This document shows positions 30,283 to 44,068 of a DNA stretch of 64,000 nucleotides, in pieces (position 1 is the stretch's first letter; each line of letters opens with the position of its first letter). Source of the DNA: Lepidodermella squamata (taxonomy: Eukaryota; Animalia; Gastrotricha); assembly GCA_047495785.1 (NCBI GenBank), contig JBLDXI010000009.1, forward strand, positions 930,001 through 994,000, given 5' to 3'. A program made the position numbers and the translations under genes. The notes under the pieces are model-generated. The model was not told where the DNA came from and ran no database searches. It was given only the letters and a program-made list of their open reading frames with translations.

Positions 30283-33200
30283 ATGTCGTATAACTTGAAA
30301 CTCAACCAAGAGAAATTGAAGAAACTACAGTGCGATCCAGGTTGCATTAGAAACGTATGTATATTGGCACATGTCGATCATGGCAAAACCACGCTTGCTG
30401 ACTCGCTCATTGCCACCAATGGAATCATTTCGGAGCGTTTGGCAGGCGAGTTACGCTACATGGACTCGAGGGAAGACGAGCAGCTTCGAGGTATCACTAT
30501 GAAATCGAGTGGTGTTTCCCTTCTTTATCAATACGCTGACCGGAATAACTCAACAAAGGAATTTTTAATAAATTTAATCGATTCGCCAGGGCATGTTGAC
30601 TTTTCAACGGTATTCTATTTCTTTGTTTCCAGTTATACATTGTTTGAACAGTTTGTATTTATAGGAGGTTTCCACCGCTATTCGATTATGTGACGGAGCA
30701 TTCATCGTTGTTGATGTTGTGGAGGGCGTCGGTCCTCAAACCTGCGCAGTATTGAGGCAAGCATGGGCTGAACGCATCCACCCCATTCTTGTACTCAATA
30801 AACTGGACCGCTTGTTTCTGGAGCTTAAGCTATCGCCCGCAGCAGCGTACGATCAACTAAGAAAAGTAAAAATTGCACATTGCCACCGCAGTATTAAATT
30901 GTCTTTGTAGGTTGTGGAGCAAGTTAATGCTGTTATTGGCCAGTTTTTTCACAGTGATCTGTATGAAACGGCCCAAGCTGCGACTGCTTCTTCCTTAGTC
31001 GGGAGCAAGCTCAGTCAAGGCTCTCAGCAGTTCAACTCATGGGCCGTGGATTTTGATAGCGTCGATGATTCAGAAGTGTATTTTCAGCCGCAAAAAGGAA
31101 ACGTTGTTTTCGCGAGTGCTGTCGATAAATGGGCATTTTCCTTGGACAAATTTTCGTCTATTTATGCCTCCCGTCTCGGAGTCTCAGAGAGCGAATTGTT
31201 GGAGGCAATGTGGGGTGACTATTATTTTGAAGCTTCTAGTAAATCTTTCAAAAGCGGAGCCTTCGAGAAGGGAAAAACACCTGTTTTCGTTAAAGTTGCG
31301 ATGGAGAATATCTGGACGATCTATGACTGTGTTCTTCAAGGAAACTTCGAAAAGCTGATGAAAATTTCTTCCCAATTAAAGCTCGATGTTAACGAGAAGC
31401 GGCTTTCTAAAGCTGACAATCGACTGCGAATTCAATCTATCTTGGGCAAGTGGCTTCCCTTGGCCGAAAGTTTATTGAGCGGTGCTATTTTGCATTTGCC
31501 CAGTCCAGATAAGTTAACAGATGCTCGGATCGAGAGACTGTTATCATCTCAGTTAGCTAGTTCATTTTCCAGCTTGCCTGAAAAAATTAAGCAGCTGAAA
31601 GCTGTATTTAGCGCTTGTAAGAGCTCACCAGACGCGCCTACGATTGTTTTCATTTCGAAATTGTTTCCTGTTCCTGTTTCCGTTCTTTCAGACTCTAAAA
31701 GACGCATGATTAGCGAAGGACACGAGGCTCAAGCTTTTCTAGCCTTTGCCCGTATATTTTCCGGAGTTATTAGACCTAACCAAAATATCTACCTGATTGA
31801 ACCAAAATATGTCCCCCATGACAACGACGTCTCGGTCGAAGGTACTCTACCAGAATATGTGCGCGAGATAACTGTCGGCGAATTGTTCTTTCTGATGGGT
31901 AGAGAAGTTGAAAAGATTAATGAAGTACACTCAGGAAATGTTTTCGGAATATCTGAACTGGATCAGCATATTTTCAAATCAGGCACCCTTTCATCGACCT
32001 TGGATTGTCCTCCTTTTTTGCCGATTTCGTCGTATTCTGTTCCTATTGTTCAAGTTGCACTAGAGCCTTTGCGGCCCAGCGATGACGCTGCGCTTCAAAC
32101 AGGTCTCCAACTCCTCAATCGCTCCGATCCTTGCGTCGAAGTCTCGGTCAGCAGCTCCTCTGGTGAATTTCTTCTTCGCACCGCTGGAGAGGTGCATTTA
32201 AACAGGTGTCTCGCCGATTTGAAAGAGCGGTTTGCTGGAATAGATATTCGGGTTTCGCAACCCACCGTGCCCTTCAGAGAAACTGTAGCAAATCCTTTGC
32301 CTGTTCAACATAAAGCAGTCGAGGATTCGGAGGAGCTCGGTGGCTTAATCGAGCCAGGTCTTTATAAAATGACAACAGTTGGTAATTTCCTGTCAGTGAC
32401 CATTCGAGCTTTTCCGTTGCCACAATCCATCGTGGATTTGCTATCCAACACCGAGTCTCTATTAAAAAGGATTCATCGTGCCTCAAAGTTGAGAGATATA
32501 GGCAAGCCCATGGATCTCGATTTTGAAAAAGTAAAACTACTTCGGGATAAACTAGCAGATCTTGCCAAAGATAGTCATCTCGAAGTCGAAAATATAATTT
32601 CATTTGGGCCTCGCCATTCGGGCACTAATATCTTGACTGTTGGCGACCGAAGTTGCGCCTTAGCTTTAAGGAACATTTGGCAAACTGAGCAAGTTGCATC
32701 TCGCCACAATACAATCGACTTACTCACTATTCACAATAGTGTTTTGAATGGATTTCAGCTTGCAGTATCTAGCGGTCCTATTTGCGAAGAGCCAGTCAGC
32801 GGAGTTGGTTTTAAAATTACTGATATTCGGCTTGCTGATAATGTAATGGAAACGGTCACTTCGGGCTCGTTAAACGGTCAAACGGTTTCGCTGATTAAAG
32901 AGTGCTGTCGTAGGGCATTTTCTTCATTACCTCAACGCCTTCTCGTTGCAATGTACGCATGTACCGTTCAAACGTCCCCCGAAACGCTTGGCAAGCTACA
33001 CGGTGTAATTTCTAGGCGATGCGGTCGCGTCATTAGTGAAGATACCAATGATACATGCAGCCAATTCGTTGTCACTGCCGTTTTGCCGGTGATTGAGAGC
33101 TTCGGTTTAGCCGATGAGCTGCGGAAGAAAACATCAGGTCTTGTCGTTGATCCGCAACTTAGATTCAGCCATTGGGAAACGATTGAGGCTGATCCCACCG

Positions 33201-33370
33201 TTGTGCTCAATAATGTGGATGAAGATGAAGAAGATGAGTCGCTAGAGGCTGCCCTCCACAACCAAGCTAGGCGATACATGTTGATTGTACGTCGCCGAAA
33301 AGGCTTGCCAACTGGAGAACAATTGGTTGTGTCAGCAGAAAAGCAAAGAACATTGTCTAAGAAAAAATAA
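30283..33370 (+). CDS. EFL1: Elongation factor-like GTPase 1 (Ria1)
   Basis: [59 protein letters not shown]-terminal [11 protein letters not shown]; two introns. Confidence 0.95.
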
Positions 33371-33486
33371 TATTCTTCTTGAAGTTCCTGTGATCTTTCA
33401 AAGTTGTTTCTGTTTGAATAAACTAGCTTCATGCGTCCAAAATATGCAATTTGTATAGATTTTCCTCTTTTTTTCTAGAATTTAAA

Positions 33487-34446
33487 ATGTTGGGTTTGAG
33501 GCGCATTTCATCGAATAGAAGTTGGCTTTCAATGATCCAGAAAGCCGGCCATGCTAGTTTTGGACCTAGATGGGTCGACGAACTGGGTCGCCTAAAATCT
33601 CCGAGGAATTTCGATCGTGAGTTATGCTTTTTCTTTCATTCTTTATCTTCATTGCGTTTAATTAGATATTGAGCTGCCGGAACAGCGGCGGTTACGCTTT
33701 ATGCCAAAAACACCCGTCGTGGCTGGTCAGACGAAAGTTCAAGCCTCAAAAAAGCGACTTTGTGATATGCGCGGACCTGAGCTCGTACAAAACGAGCTTC
33801 TTCACAAGCAGTATGGCGTGGGGGTGAGTTGCAATTGACTCCTATTATGTTTGCGCATGATGTAATGGTTAGGCTGTGTTGGGTGGGCGCATGGAACACC
33901 GACATTTCGAAGTCATCCGCATGTTCGTCAATCGCCACATGGACGAGAAACGAATGTACGCTGTGTGGAGGGTGGAAGCCCCATGGAAACCTGTCACGAA
34001 GCATCGTATGTATTGACGATTTCTATCCATTCAAAATCATAAACTTCCTTCACAAAAATTAAGCACAGGGAACGACGATGGGCGGCGGTAAAGGTGACAT
34101 CGACCATTACGTATCTCCTATTCGAGCGGGTCGGGTTATTTTTGAGCTTTGCGGTAAATGCGAATACGATGAAGTGTATTGGATCCTGTGGGCGGTCAGT
34201 ATTTTAGCTTTAATTTAAGTGTTCCCTTTTTAAATATCAGTGCTCTCCTAGATTTCTCGGAATATGCCTTTCAAAGCTCGCCCCATCAGCCAAGAATTGT
34301 TGGACCACGAAGCCAAGGTGGAAAAGCTAGTCGAGGAGAACAACATCAATCCAATCAACTGGAAATACGCCCTGAAAAATAACATGCTGGGCGCCAACAA
34401 ATATGCATCACCCTGGGACTTTGCTCACGGCCCTCATCATCGCTAG
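33487..34446 (+). CDS. MRPL16: Mitochondrial ribosomal protein uL16m
   Basis: Spliced: [91 protein letters not shown]. Confidence 0.92.
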
Positions 34447-34531
34447 ATTTTGTATTTGAAACAGTCATATCTTGAAAAAACTAATATGGTGCCTCCTTTC
34501 CGTATTTTTTCAATAGCTATTAATTTATCTG

Positions 34532-35722
34532 ATGTCTGGGCCAACGATTGATATTGTTTTTAAACGGACGAACAAAGTTTACCGAGAAGGAGTAAGTTGG
34601 CTTGAGGGTTCATTTCTTATAACTGCAATTTTACATAGGAATTTCTGTCTGGCGTTGTGATTATCGACACGAGAAATGAATTTCCGCATCAGGGATTGTC
34701 ACTAACCCTCGACGGCCTTGTTGATTTTCATATTAGCCCGCGAAGTGTCGGAGCTTTCGACGCTTTCTATAACTCAGTCAAGGTAGCTCTTTCTTTTAGC
34801 AAAGCATCATTCTAATACTTTTCTCATTCCTGTGCAGCCTATTCCACTCATTAATGTCACAGCTGAGCTTGTGAAACCGGGCGGAAAGTTCCCTCAGGGT
34901 AGAACTGAGGTTCCATTCGAAATCAGCCTCAAGTCCAGGACCAACAAGAAACTTTACGAAACTTACCATGGTGTTTACGTTTCCGTGCAATATAAATTGA
35001 AAGCGTTTTTGAAGCGAACAATGTTTAGCAAAGATATGGAAAAGCAAATAGAATTCTTCATCGAATACAAGGTAATCATTGTTATCTATGAGGTTTTTCT
35101 CGATTATCTGAGAATTCTTTCAGAATGAGGATCAGCCATCACAGCCAGCTATAGTCAAACCCATCGACTTCGCCATTACACCGGATTCGCTGCGAGCCGC
35201 TGAGGATGTAGGTTTCACGCGCCGTAATATCTAAAACATACAAATTCGCTTGAAATAACGTTTCAGAAACGTACTGACATGAATCAGATCCCGAGATTCC
35301 GCGTTGTTGGACATGTTGATACTGTTGACTGTCAGCTTCAAAACCCGTTGACTGGGAAAGTTGTTGTAGAATTTTGCGACGTTCCTATTCGGTCAATCGA
35401 ATTGCAGTTGCTCCGTGTAGAACTTTGCGGTTGTGCTGAAGGTTACGCCAAGGACGCTACTGAGATTCAAAATATTCAAATTGCTGACGGGGATATTTGC
35501 CGAGGAATTGCCATTCCAATCCACATGGTGTTTCCTCGTTTATTCACATGCCCATCTATTGAGACTCCGAATTTCAAACTTGGTAGAGTTTATGCCCCTC
35601 TAGCCTTGTTGAAACGTAATTTTGCTTTTATGATTACAGAGTTTGAGGTCAATGTTGTTTTGGTACTTGATAACAACCATATGGTCATGCATCCTATTCC
35701 TATTCGACTGAGCCGGTTTTGA
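34532..35722 (+). CDS. VPS26C: VPS26C / DSCR3 (retriever subunit)
   Basis: KRTNKVYREG, SVGAFDAFYNSVK|PIPL, LYETYHGVYVSVQY, IRSIELQLLRVELCGCAEGYAKDATEIQNIQIADGD, FPRLFTCP. Confidence 0.95.
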
Positions 35723-35884
35723 TTACAAGTATAGTGCATGACGATAAATTTGTGATTCAATCTTCCTCAATAAGCGAAGTGCTACGTTTATTCCACTATT
35801 TTTGAAAAATAATTAATGCTTGCTCATTGCCATTTTAATCATTGCAGTCCATAAAGCTCCAAATTACTAAATGTATTCGTCTAG

Positions 35885-36772
35885 ATGATAATTTATTTCG
35901 TTGTATTTATTGGACTTCCTGGCTGTGGCAAAACCACGATTTGCAAAAGACTCGTTTCTTCTCTGAATGCTGTCCGCAGTTTATGTATCCACGTTGAATT
36001 TGATGACTATATTACAGGCGTCGATGAATACAAAGCATCTCGTATGTCGTTGTTGGATAAAGTGAACCAAGCTATTAACGCCCTTCAGTCAAATTCTCAG
36101 CACGAGTTGATACCAGAATCTTACCAACACGGCAGCGAAATTTCGGAACTTTTCCTTCTGATCGATGACAACATGTATTACCGCTCAATGAGATACCATG
36201 CTTACAAATTATCGCAAGCTGTTTGCCAGCCACCTGATCGGATCTGCTGTTATACGCAAGTATATGTCAAAGCTCCAGTGGAAGTATGCATAGAAAGAAA
36301 CATTTTACGAGATCCGGCTAGACAAGTTCCTGAGAAGGTTATCCAAACTATGTCCCAAAAACTTGAGGAGCCAGACGAATCGTTTTGGGAACGTCACTCG
36401 CTTTTCGTTGATAGCAGCTGCGACTGTAATAACATCATTGAATTTGTTCGAAGTGCCACGCCTGTTTTATCATTGGCTCAAATCAAATCTAATCTTGACT
36501 CATTGGAAGCTAAAAGGAACATAGACAGGGAGGCAGTTTTATCGAGCGCTTTACACCAATGTGAGCTAGCCATACGAAACGCGATATCATTTCAAATGAA
36601 TCGCGCTGACTTGACGGTTGAGCGAAAACGCCTCCTCTCCCTTGCTTTGCAGAAAATTAAGAAAGAAACATTGGCAGAAGTGAAAATTGCCTCATTCAAT
36701 ACGGTGGATGAAGCGAAAGATTTCGCTATTTCGCTATTTTCTTCTCTCTTAGCTCAACTGCCTGATATTTGA
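35885..36772 (+). CDS. PSTK: O-phosphoseryl-tRNA(Sec) kinase
   Basis: GLPGCGKTT P-loop, IDDNMYYRSMRY, ERNILR, KLEEPD..WE, C-terminal LHQCELAIR; intronless. Confidence 0.88.
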   Translation: MIIYFVVFIGLPGCGKTTICKRLVSSLNAVRSLCIHVEFDDYITGVDEYKASRMSLLDKVNQAINALQSNSQHELIPESYQHGSEISELFLLIDDNMYYRSMRYHAYKLSQAVCQPPDRICCYTQVYVKAPVEVCIERNILRDPARQVPEKVIQTMSQKLEEPDESFWERHSLFVDSSCDCNNIIEFVRSATPVLSLAQIKSNLDSLEAKRNIDREAVLSSALHQCELAIRNAISFQMNRADLTVERKRLLSLALQKIKKETLAEVKIASFNTVDEAKDFAISLFSSLLAQLPDI

Positions 36773-36823
36773 TTAAAATCAATTTGTTTTCCAATAGTTT
36801 TTAATTGTTTTGTTGGCGCCGCG

Positions 36824-37519
36824 ATGAGCCACAGTCCGCTGTGCACTCGCTTGAACATGTGGAAGGCGACTCGTCGCGATTCGCCCACCGCTCTGAAATC
36901 TCGCATCCGGGAAGATTGTTTGCGCACCCTTAAAGAAAATCGCATGGCCGTGTTCGAAAATCGGCGGAAATACCTTGGTTTGACTTTTGACGCCGAGCGT
37001 CGCCAACTCGAGGCTGCCCTTAGCATGGATAATGAACCTATGCAATTGGAAGACCTTCTCAAGCTGTACGATGAAGTCACTGCTGAATTGGCCGCTGCTA
37101 GCAATGAGCAGCTTGACTACTATTTGAACGAACTGGAGGCGATTGCGAGCCTGGCGGATCAAGTAGTTTGTCCGTTTTGCTTCAAGTTGGTCGATATTTG
37201 AAGAGGTTTATCCAATGTATGACTTTTGTAATTATAGAGGGGAAATTAAGGTTGACACTCAACTTGTATCATGCTCAAGCTGCTCTTTTCGCTTTCCTGC
37301 GGAGAAAGTGCGATCTCTAAGCGACTTCAGTGCTTCATTCCTTCGAGCAGAGGAAATTCATGCATCTCAGAACTGCCCTTCGCCCGCTGAATTCACCTTC
37401 GATGAAGAAGATCACATCGTCCTTCTCTGCTGTTCGGTAATAATTTAAAGTCGAATAAATCTTTTGAGTAATTCGCTCTCTCATTGCAGGCATGTGACAT
37501 GATTATCCCTGTTCTATGA
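36824..37519 (+). CDS. RPAIN: RPA-interacting protein (RIP)
   Basis: N-terminal LKSRIREDCLRTLKENR basic motif, acidic middle, C-terminal Cys-rich VCPFCFK...CSSC...H...C...LLCCS|ACD. Confidence 0.82.
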
Positions 37520-37706
37520 TCGATATTTGCATGATATCATCACTCCTGAATGGCTTATCAATCTAACAAATCAGGCCTTGCATTTCTATTGACATTTGAA
37601 ACTAGTATTGAGGATCTAAATTTCGTTTTTTAAATTCATTTTCACTTGGCAATGCGGTCAAATCTTTGTACAAATAAAATGTTTTGAATTAGGTGTTTTA
37701 TTGAAA

Positions 37707-40700
37707 ATGAGAATCAAACAGTCTCGCCTGAAAAAGCGCCACAATCAAAAAGGCCGCATTCAGAAGAATGAATCTCGGCGTGACACCAATTCAACCGTGG
37801 ATCACGTCCGCATTGACCCAGCGTTATTCGGCGATTCGGAATATCAAAGCGCGCCATCGGCATCATCCAATCAGCTCATTCTACCTTCGGTGAAATCCTC
37901 CGTTAAACGTAAAATACCTGTTGCTCAAACAGAGAAACGACTTTCCAAACGTCAACGAAAAGCTTTGGAGAAAATCGTTGAACAGAAAAAGAAGAAAGAG
38001 CAGGTAAGGTGAAAAATTTCCTGCTAGCCATTTCAATTGCGCGTTTTTTCCAGAGATCCACTGTATTGGAAGATCTGGAGAAGTATCGATTGGACAGTGG
38101 CGAGCTTGACAAAATGGTTCGTGTCGTATCTCTTACGCGCGGAGCTGACCCGAGAAAAAGTAAATACGAAACCGACAACATTGACAAGCAAAATTCCAAC
38201 CATAATGTTCGGATTCGGCCGTTGGCGGGTTGTCGTAAGAAGGGCGCTTTTTTATCAGAGGAGAGCGTACCTGTGGATAAAATGAATCTTGTCGATTCTT
38301 CCTCGGATGAAGATGACGTGGAAATTACGGAAACTAGTGCTGCGGTTGAAAGTGTGATCCAGCCTAAATTGGAAGAGGTGAAAACAGAGCCTGTTGATCG
38401 ATCACATCCTATCCAGTCGCCTGTGTTGGTCCAAGAGACTGTCGTAGAAATGGCGAATAAAGACACTGGAAACAAGGATTCCCCTGTGGAGATCGAAACA
38501 TCATCTGCGGCACCACCCCCAGAGCCTGTGTTGATCCAGCGTAAGCTCAATTATAAGAAAGTAGCTCGGGATAAAGAAATGCAAGAAAGCCGACTGAAAC
38601 TGCCGATTCTATCGGAAGAACATGCGATCATGGAAGCGATTGCTGATAATCCCGTCGTTATAATTTGCGGTGAAACTGGTTCTGGGAAAACGACGCAGGT
38701 GCCTCAATTCCTTTATGAAGCCGGCTATACTGAATTCGGAATGATTGGTGTTACTGAACCTCGTCGTGTCGCTGCAGTCGCGATGAGCCGTCGCGTTGCC
38801 GAGGAAATGTCATTGACTGATTCAGAAGAGGTTTCCTACGTAATTCGATACGAGGGCACCGCCTCGCCTAATACTAAGATCAAGTTCATGACTGATGGTG
38901 TTTTGTTGAAAGAGGTTGAAAATGATTTCCTTCTCAGCTCTTACAGTGTCATCGTTATCGACGAAGCTCACGAGCGTAGTGTTTTCACTGATATTTTGAT
39001 TGGTTTGCTGTCTAGAATCGTGCGATTGAGGGCCAAAAGAGGGAATCCATTGAAACTAGTTGTCATGTCCGCCACTTTACGAGTCGATGACTTCACGGGA
39101 AATAATCACCTGTTCTTGGAGACACCGCCCGTTATCAAAATTGAATCTCGCCAGTACCCAGTCACTGTTCATTTTTCGCGCGACACTCCCAAGGACTATT
39201 TGACTGAAGCTTTTAATAAGGTCTGCAAAATCCATAAAGAACAACCGGCAGGTGGAATTTTGGTGTTCGTCACCGGACAAGACGAAGTTCACTGGCTGGT
39301 TGCTCAACTTCGAGCGAAATTCGGCAACAACTTGAAAAGCGGCGATGAAGGTGCCGCTGACGAGCCAAAAAGTCGCAAGCCTTTCAATAAATACGCCGCA
39401 ATGAAGGCTGCAAAGAAGAAGGCTGCAGAAGAAACAGAGCAGCAAAAATCGATGCTCGAGTCTCTGAACATCAACCTCGACGAGTATTCCTTGAAAAGTG
39501 AAGTCGACGGAGCAGATTCAGATGATGAATCACCTAAGCGCCTGTCGAAGGATGCGCCCCCGAGTGAAGATACCAAAGAAGGAGATGACTCAGTCACGGC
39601 TGAAGAGCAGCCAATGTGGGTTCTGCCGTTGTTCGCACTTCTTCCCACGGAAAAGCAGCAACTTGTTTTCGAGCCACCTCCGAATCCGAATGCTCGTCTT
39701 TGCGTTATTTCGACCAATGTTGGTGAAACATCTCTGACCATTCCAAATATTCGATATGTTGTTGATACGGGAAAAGTCAAGACGAAGCTTTACGACAAGG
39801 TAACCGGCGTTTCGACCTTTGTAATTACGTGGGCTTCGAAAGCTTCGGCAGTTCAGCGTGCCGGTCGCGCTGGCCGCGTCGGCCCTGGTCATTGTTACCG
39901 TCTATTTTCAACTTCGGTTTTCACCGATGAAATGCCCCAGTTTGCAGAGCCTGAAATAGTTCGACGTCCAGTAGATGACCTTGTCCTTCAAATGAAAGCT
40001 ATTGGAATAGATAGGGTGCTCAATTTCCCGTTCCCGACTCCGCCGCCCGCAGTCGCCGTTGAGGCAGCGGAGAATTTATTGTTGAAACTAGGCGCACTCG
40101 CTTATAACGAAACGAAAAATGACAAGTCACGGGTTGCAAGCATTACCGATCTGGGCCGGTTAATGGCCCGCCTTCCGGTGTCGCCCAGATTCGCGCGCAT
40201 TCTTTGCGCTGCACCCGACCAAAAACTTCTAACATACCTCATTGCAATGTTGTCAGGTCTTTCAGTTCAAGAGCTGCTATTAACGGAATGTGAGGGTGGA
40301 ACCGACAAGGATGAGGAAAAACACTCGAATTCAATGTCGAAAATTCGCAAAGCCCGTTCAGCTTGGTCTCCGCCTGGCGAAAGCCGTTTGTTAGGCGATG
40401 CTGGCCTATATCTGCGTGCGATTGGCGCCGCAGAATATTCCAACGCGTCGCTCGAATTTTGTCGAAGCTGTGGAATTCGGCTCAAAGCTCTGCTTGAAGC
40501 TCGAAAGGTTCGTCGTCAACTTACCAGCATTGTGAATACGCTTCATCCATCAATAAATCTTGTCATTGATCCGCAAATGACTCCGCCTAGTGATGCTGAC
40601 TGCGTTGCTCTTCGACGTATTCTTCTGACAGGTTTCGGAGACCGCGTCGCGAAACGAATTGAAGAGTCAATTACGGTAACTGACAATGAAAAGGGCAAAA

Positions 40701-41446
40701 CTTTGGTTTCTAAACCAGGCGGTGCCTACGAAGCTCACGGCCTGAGTGAGAAACTGACTATCCACCCTTCGTCTGTATTGTACCGCGAAAAGCCTGCTTA
40801 TATAATGTTCCAAGAGGTGACCGAAACCACTTCGGCTGCTCAAAACGGCATCGTTTACATGAAACTGGTGACCGTAATTGATCCGAATTGGTTGCCTACA
40901 ATTTGTGCCCCTTACTGCTCATTTGGCGAGATCGCCGACGAAAGCTCATTGCAGTCGGTTGGCCCTCGGTGGTGCGTAGCCACTGGGTCAGTAAAATGTC
41001 ATCGCAAAACTGCTTACAGTTCGCATAACTGGAACCTTGGTCTGGCGGAAGTGGAGTACCCGCCGGGCATCGATCGCGTTCGGTGGTTCGCTCGCTTGTT
41101 CTTGGAAGGAAAGGTCGTAACAGCTCTGGAGCAATATGTCCCCGTTCTTCTTGGAGCACCGCTCACCGTCGTAAAATCCTGGGGAAGGCTACAACCAAGA
41201 ACAGAGATTTTCGTAAGAACTCTGTATTCCAAAAACGTGGACAATTACGATGCATTGATATCGGCATGGCAAGAAGACTCGAAATGTAAGTGGCGCTAGC
41301 TACAATATTATATTATCAGTAGCTTACATTTTTATTTTCTATCTCTTTCAGTTTTGCTGTCCGCTTATTGCGAGTGGCTCCCAAATGCCTTGCACAACCA
41401 AGTCGCTGCTTCGTGGCCACCAATCGTTGTTCTGCCTAAGCAATAA
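37707..41446 (+). CDS. DHX37: DEAH-box helicase DHX37 (Dhr1/kurz)
   Basis: RLKLPILSEEHAIMEAI, GETGSGKTTQVPQFLYEAGY, DEAHERS, MSATLRV, QRAGRAGRVGPGHCYRL, VRWFARLFLEG; introns 38003-38053 and 41286-41350. Confidence 0.95.
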
Positions 41447-41930
41447 TCAAACTTAATCATGTGCTCAATCAATTGTTGTTGCCTTCAAAATTATATGTAC
41501 TTATTGCAAACAAAATAAAAGAGAGGAATGGTAAAAATCGCTTTACGTTCTTTTATTTCTTCGGCTTTTACGCAAGACGCTGTATAGATCATCAATGTTT
41601 GAGGAATTCAATTTAAATTAAACAGTTCACAAACTAGTCATTTTGCTATATTGCAGCTAGAAATGCAGAAAGTTCTAGTAGGTAGCGTAGGTATTCAAGC
41701 GGAAAAACTTCGTTTTACAGGGAGAGAAACAAATATATGGTGTTGCGTCAAAATCAAAAGTAAAGAGAATAAATGCATCTTTGATCTTTGTCAATACACA
41801 ATAATATGGAATTTTGATGCAGCTATCGTTTGTGCACATGCTCAGAATAAACGCTTTGAGTTCAATCGAAAGAGGGACTAAATAAATATATATGATCGCT
41901 TTATATAATTGCACGGAAGAACAGTTCTAA

Positions 41931-44068
41931 TTAATCACAAGGTTCGATAACGTCGCTGTGAACGGAATTGCTGTTGGTCAAAACGGGTTGCGCATTAGCG
42001 AAACTTGTTCGACTGTTGCCTTCGTCGGACGTCTGCACATTTACACTGGCGTCGCCATTATTTGAAGCACCTGCGGCACCGGAGACATCGGAAGGAAGCT
42101 GAGCGTGATAGTGATCCACTTCGGAGCGAAACACCGTGATTTGCCCGGGCGCGTCGGGCCTGAATAACGCGTACATTCGAAAAGGGCACGGTTGCCAACC
42201 GATTTTTCGAGCGTAAGGGCAGCGGAAGAAATCCTGAAAGAAATGAATTTTCAGTAAAACATTTCAGAAAAATCAGCAGCTCAAAATTACCTTAATGCCC
42301 GTCTCAGTATCAGTTCTTTTATCCCTAGTGACCTTTTGAAGTCGAATCCAATTAGAATAAACTTCATGGTCGTTGAATCGACGAAGTAGACAGTATTGAA
42401 CCGCTTTGCCCCGAAACCGTTTGTCGGCCAAGGCGGGGTTATATGCCTGAATTTCAGGTGTCGCCGGGCGATCGATTTCATCGAGTTTGTTATCATCGAA
42501 TGGCGAGTTGGAGTTGCAGCTGTTAAAACACGTTTCACGTTGTTCAGTTTTAACGAGACTCCTAGAAACAAGAGAAAATTATTTTATTATTATTATTATT
42601 CGCCTTTGCTATAAGCAAGAACGTACAAGGGCGAGTCTCCGTCACTTGGCACAGCTAAGGTGAGTAATTGATTGGGCTCAGCCTGTTCTTCGAGATTAGG
42701 GAAAGACATATCGGTGGGTGAAACATCAGCATTCCGCTGAGAAGCAAAATGGCGGCCATGACGCGTGGGCTTAAGGGTTTTTCGTCTATTGCCGCCAATG
42801 CTATTGTTTCCAGACGACGCGGAATCCATCGGTTGTGGCGTGGATGCAGCGGCGGCTAAACTGAGACACAGCAAACCGTTGTCGTCAGCGCCAGATACAT
42901 TCCCACTGTCTGGTTCCGTTCTATCGTGCATACTATCTTCATCCTCGGCTTGAGAGCACTTGTCGATAACCGAAGATATCAGCGACTGTAACGGTTTTCC
43001 ACCCGCTTGTTCAGTCGGCGTTAATGGGGATTGATTTTTTGCCACCGCCATGTTTATCAAAGCAGATAATGTAGCATTAATATTGAGCTACAAATAAATT
43101 TATGATTGATAAAATCAAAAGGCTGATATTTTGGAAGAAAAGCTCACCTGAGGTGTCAAAAGAGACGCCGTTAATTCTTGAAAAATATCAGCAGGATTGC
43201 GAAGTTGGCCAAAATTTTGAGCTATTGTAGGCAAAGCCAGCACTGCCTGAGCCAAAGCAGCGTTCATGATGGGCAAAGTTGGCGCAAGAGAAGGCTCTTG
43301 GCGCGTGGAGGTGTCTAACAACAAAGATGAGGGCGATGAGGTAGCGTGGGGTTGACCAGTAGACGATGCAACGCCAACAAGCGAGCGATTAATATCAGAC
43401 TTGTGACCGCTTAATTTCGCCTTTTTAGCGCGAAGCTGATCGATTTGTAATTGTAGCTGATCGATTCGCTCGTCGATATCACTGATTTCGGCATCGATTA
43501 TCGACGCCGCAGATTGCAGCGCCGATGTTAGCTGTCCCACGGTGCCAACACCACCGAGCGAGCCAGCTGCAGTGCCTTCGAGAATGTCTTTCAAATCAGG
43601 CGCGATTGCTGGAGATGAAAGCTTCGGCGAATCAGCAGCAGGCTGGTGAAGTAGTTGTTGCACTGGCGAGTGCATGTTGTGAAGCTGCTTTTGCACGATA
43701 TGCCGCTTGCTTTGGAGGTGCTCTCGAATACGGGAGCTTGGTGACAGACCGCCTACGTCAGGTGCTTCACCTCGACCGGCGCCGATAACAACTGAGCAAT
43801 ATTTGCAGAACAACCGACCGTCGCGAACTTCGAGATCGGTGTGCTCTTCGACGTAGTCTTCTGGCGCTTTCCGGCGCCTATTAATGGGAGGTTGCTGTTG
43901 CTGCTGTAGAGGATTGAGGCGTAAATCTTGAGCTTGGGACGACCTCGTCAGCGATGAGGCTGATGACGACGAGGATGAGGATGAATAGCGACGCGAGGGG
44001 CTGGTTAACAAATTCTCGTAGCCAGCTGTCGACGAAGTGGTTGGTTCAGCAATCATCGACAACGCCAT
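41931..44068 (-). CDS. Putative transcription factor with a CGGBP1/BED-type Zn finger and a C-terminal WRKY/GCM1(MULE)-type CCHH module
   Basis: LEVRDGRLFCKYCSVVI...IREHLQSKRH; coiled coil; last exons give FFRCPYARKIGWQPCPFRMYALF...ITVFRSEVDHYH; 4 exons with GT-AG introns. Confidence 0.7.

Noticed and set aside
37903-41289. Long antisense and alternative-frame ORFs over DHX37 (likewise over EFL1, ANKFY1, SGTA, MDH2)
   Set aside because: Shadow ORFs of real coding exons.
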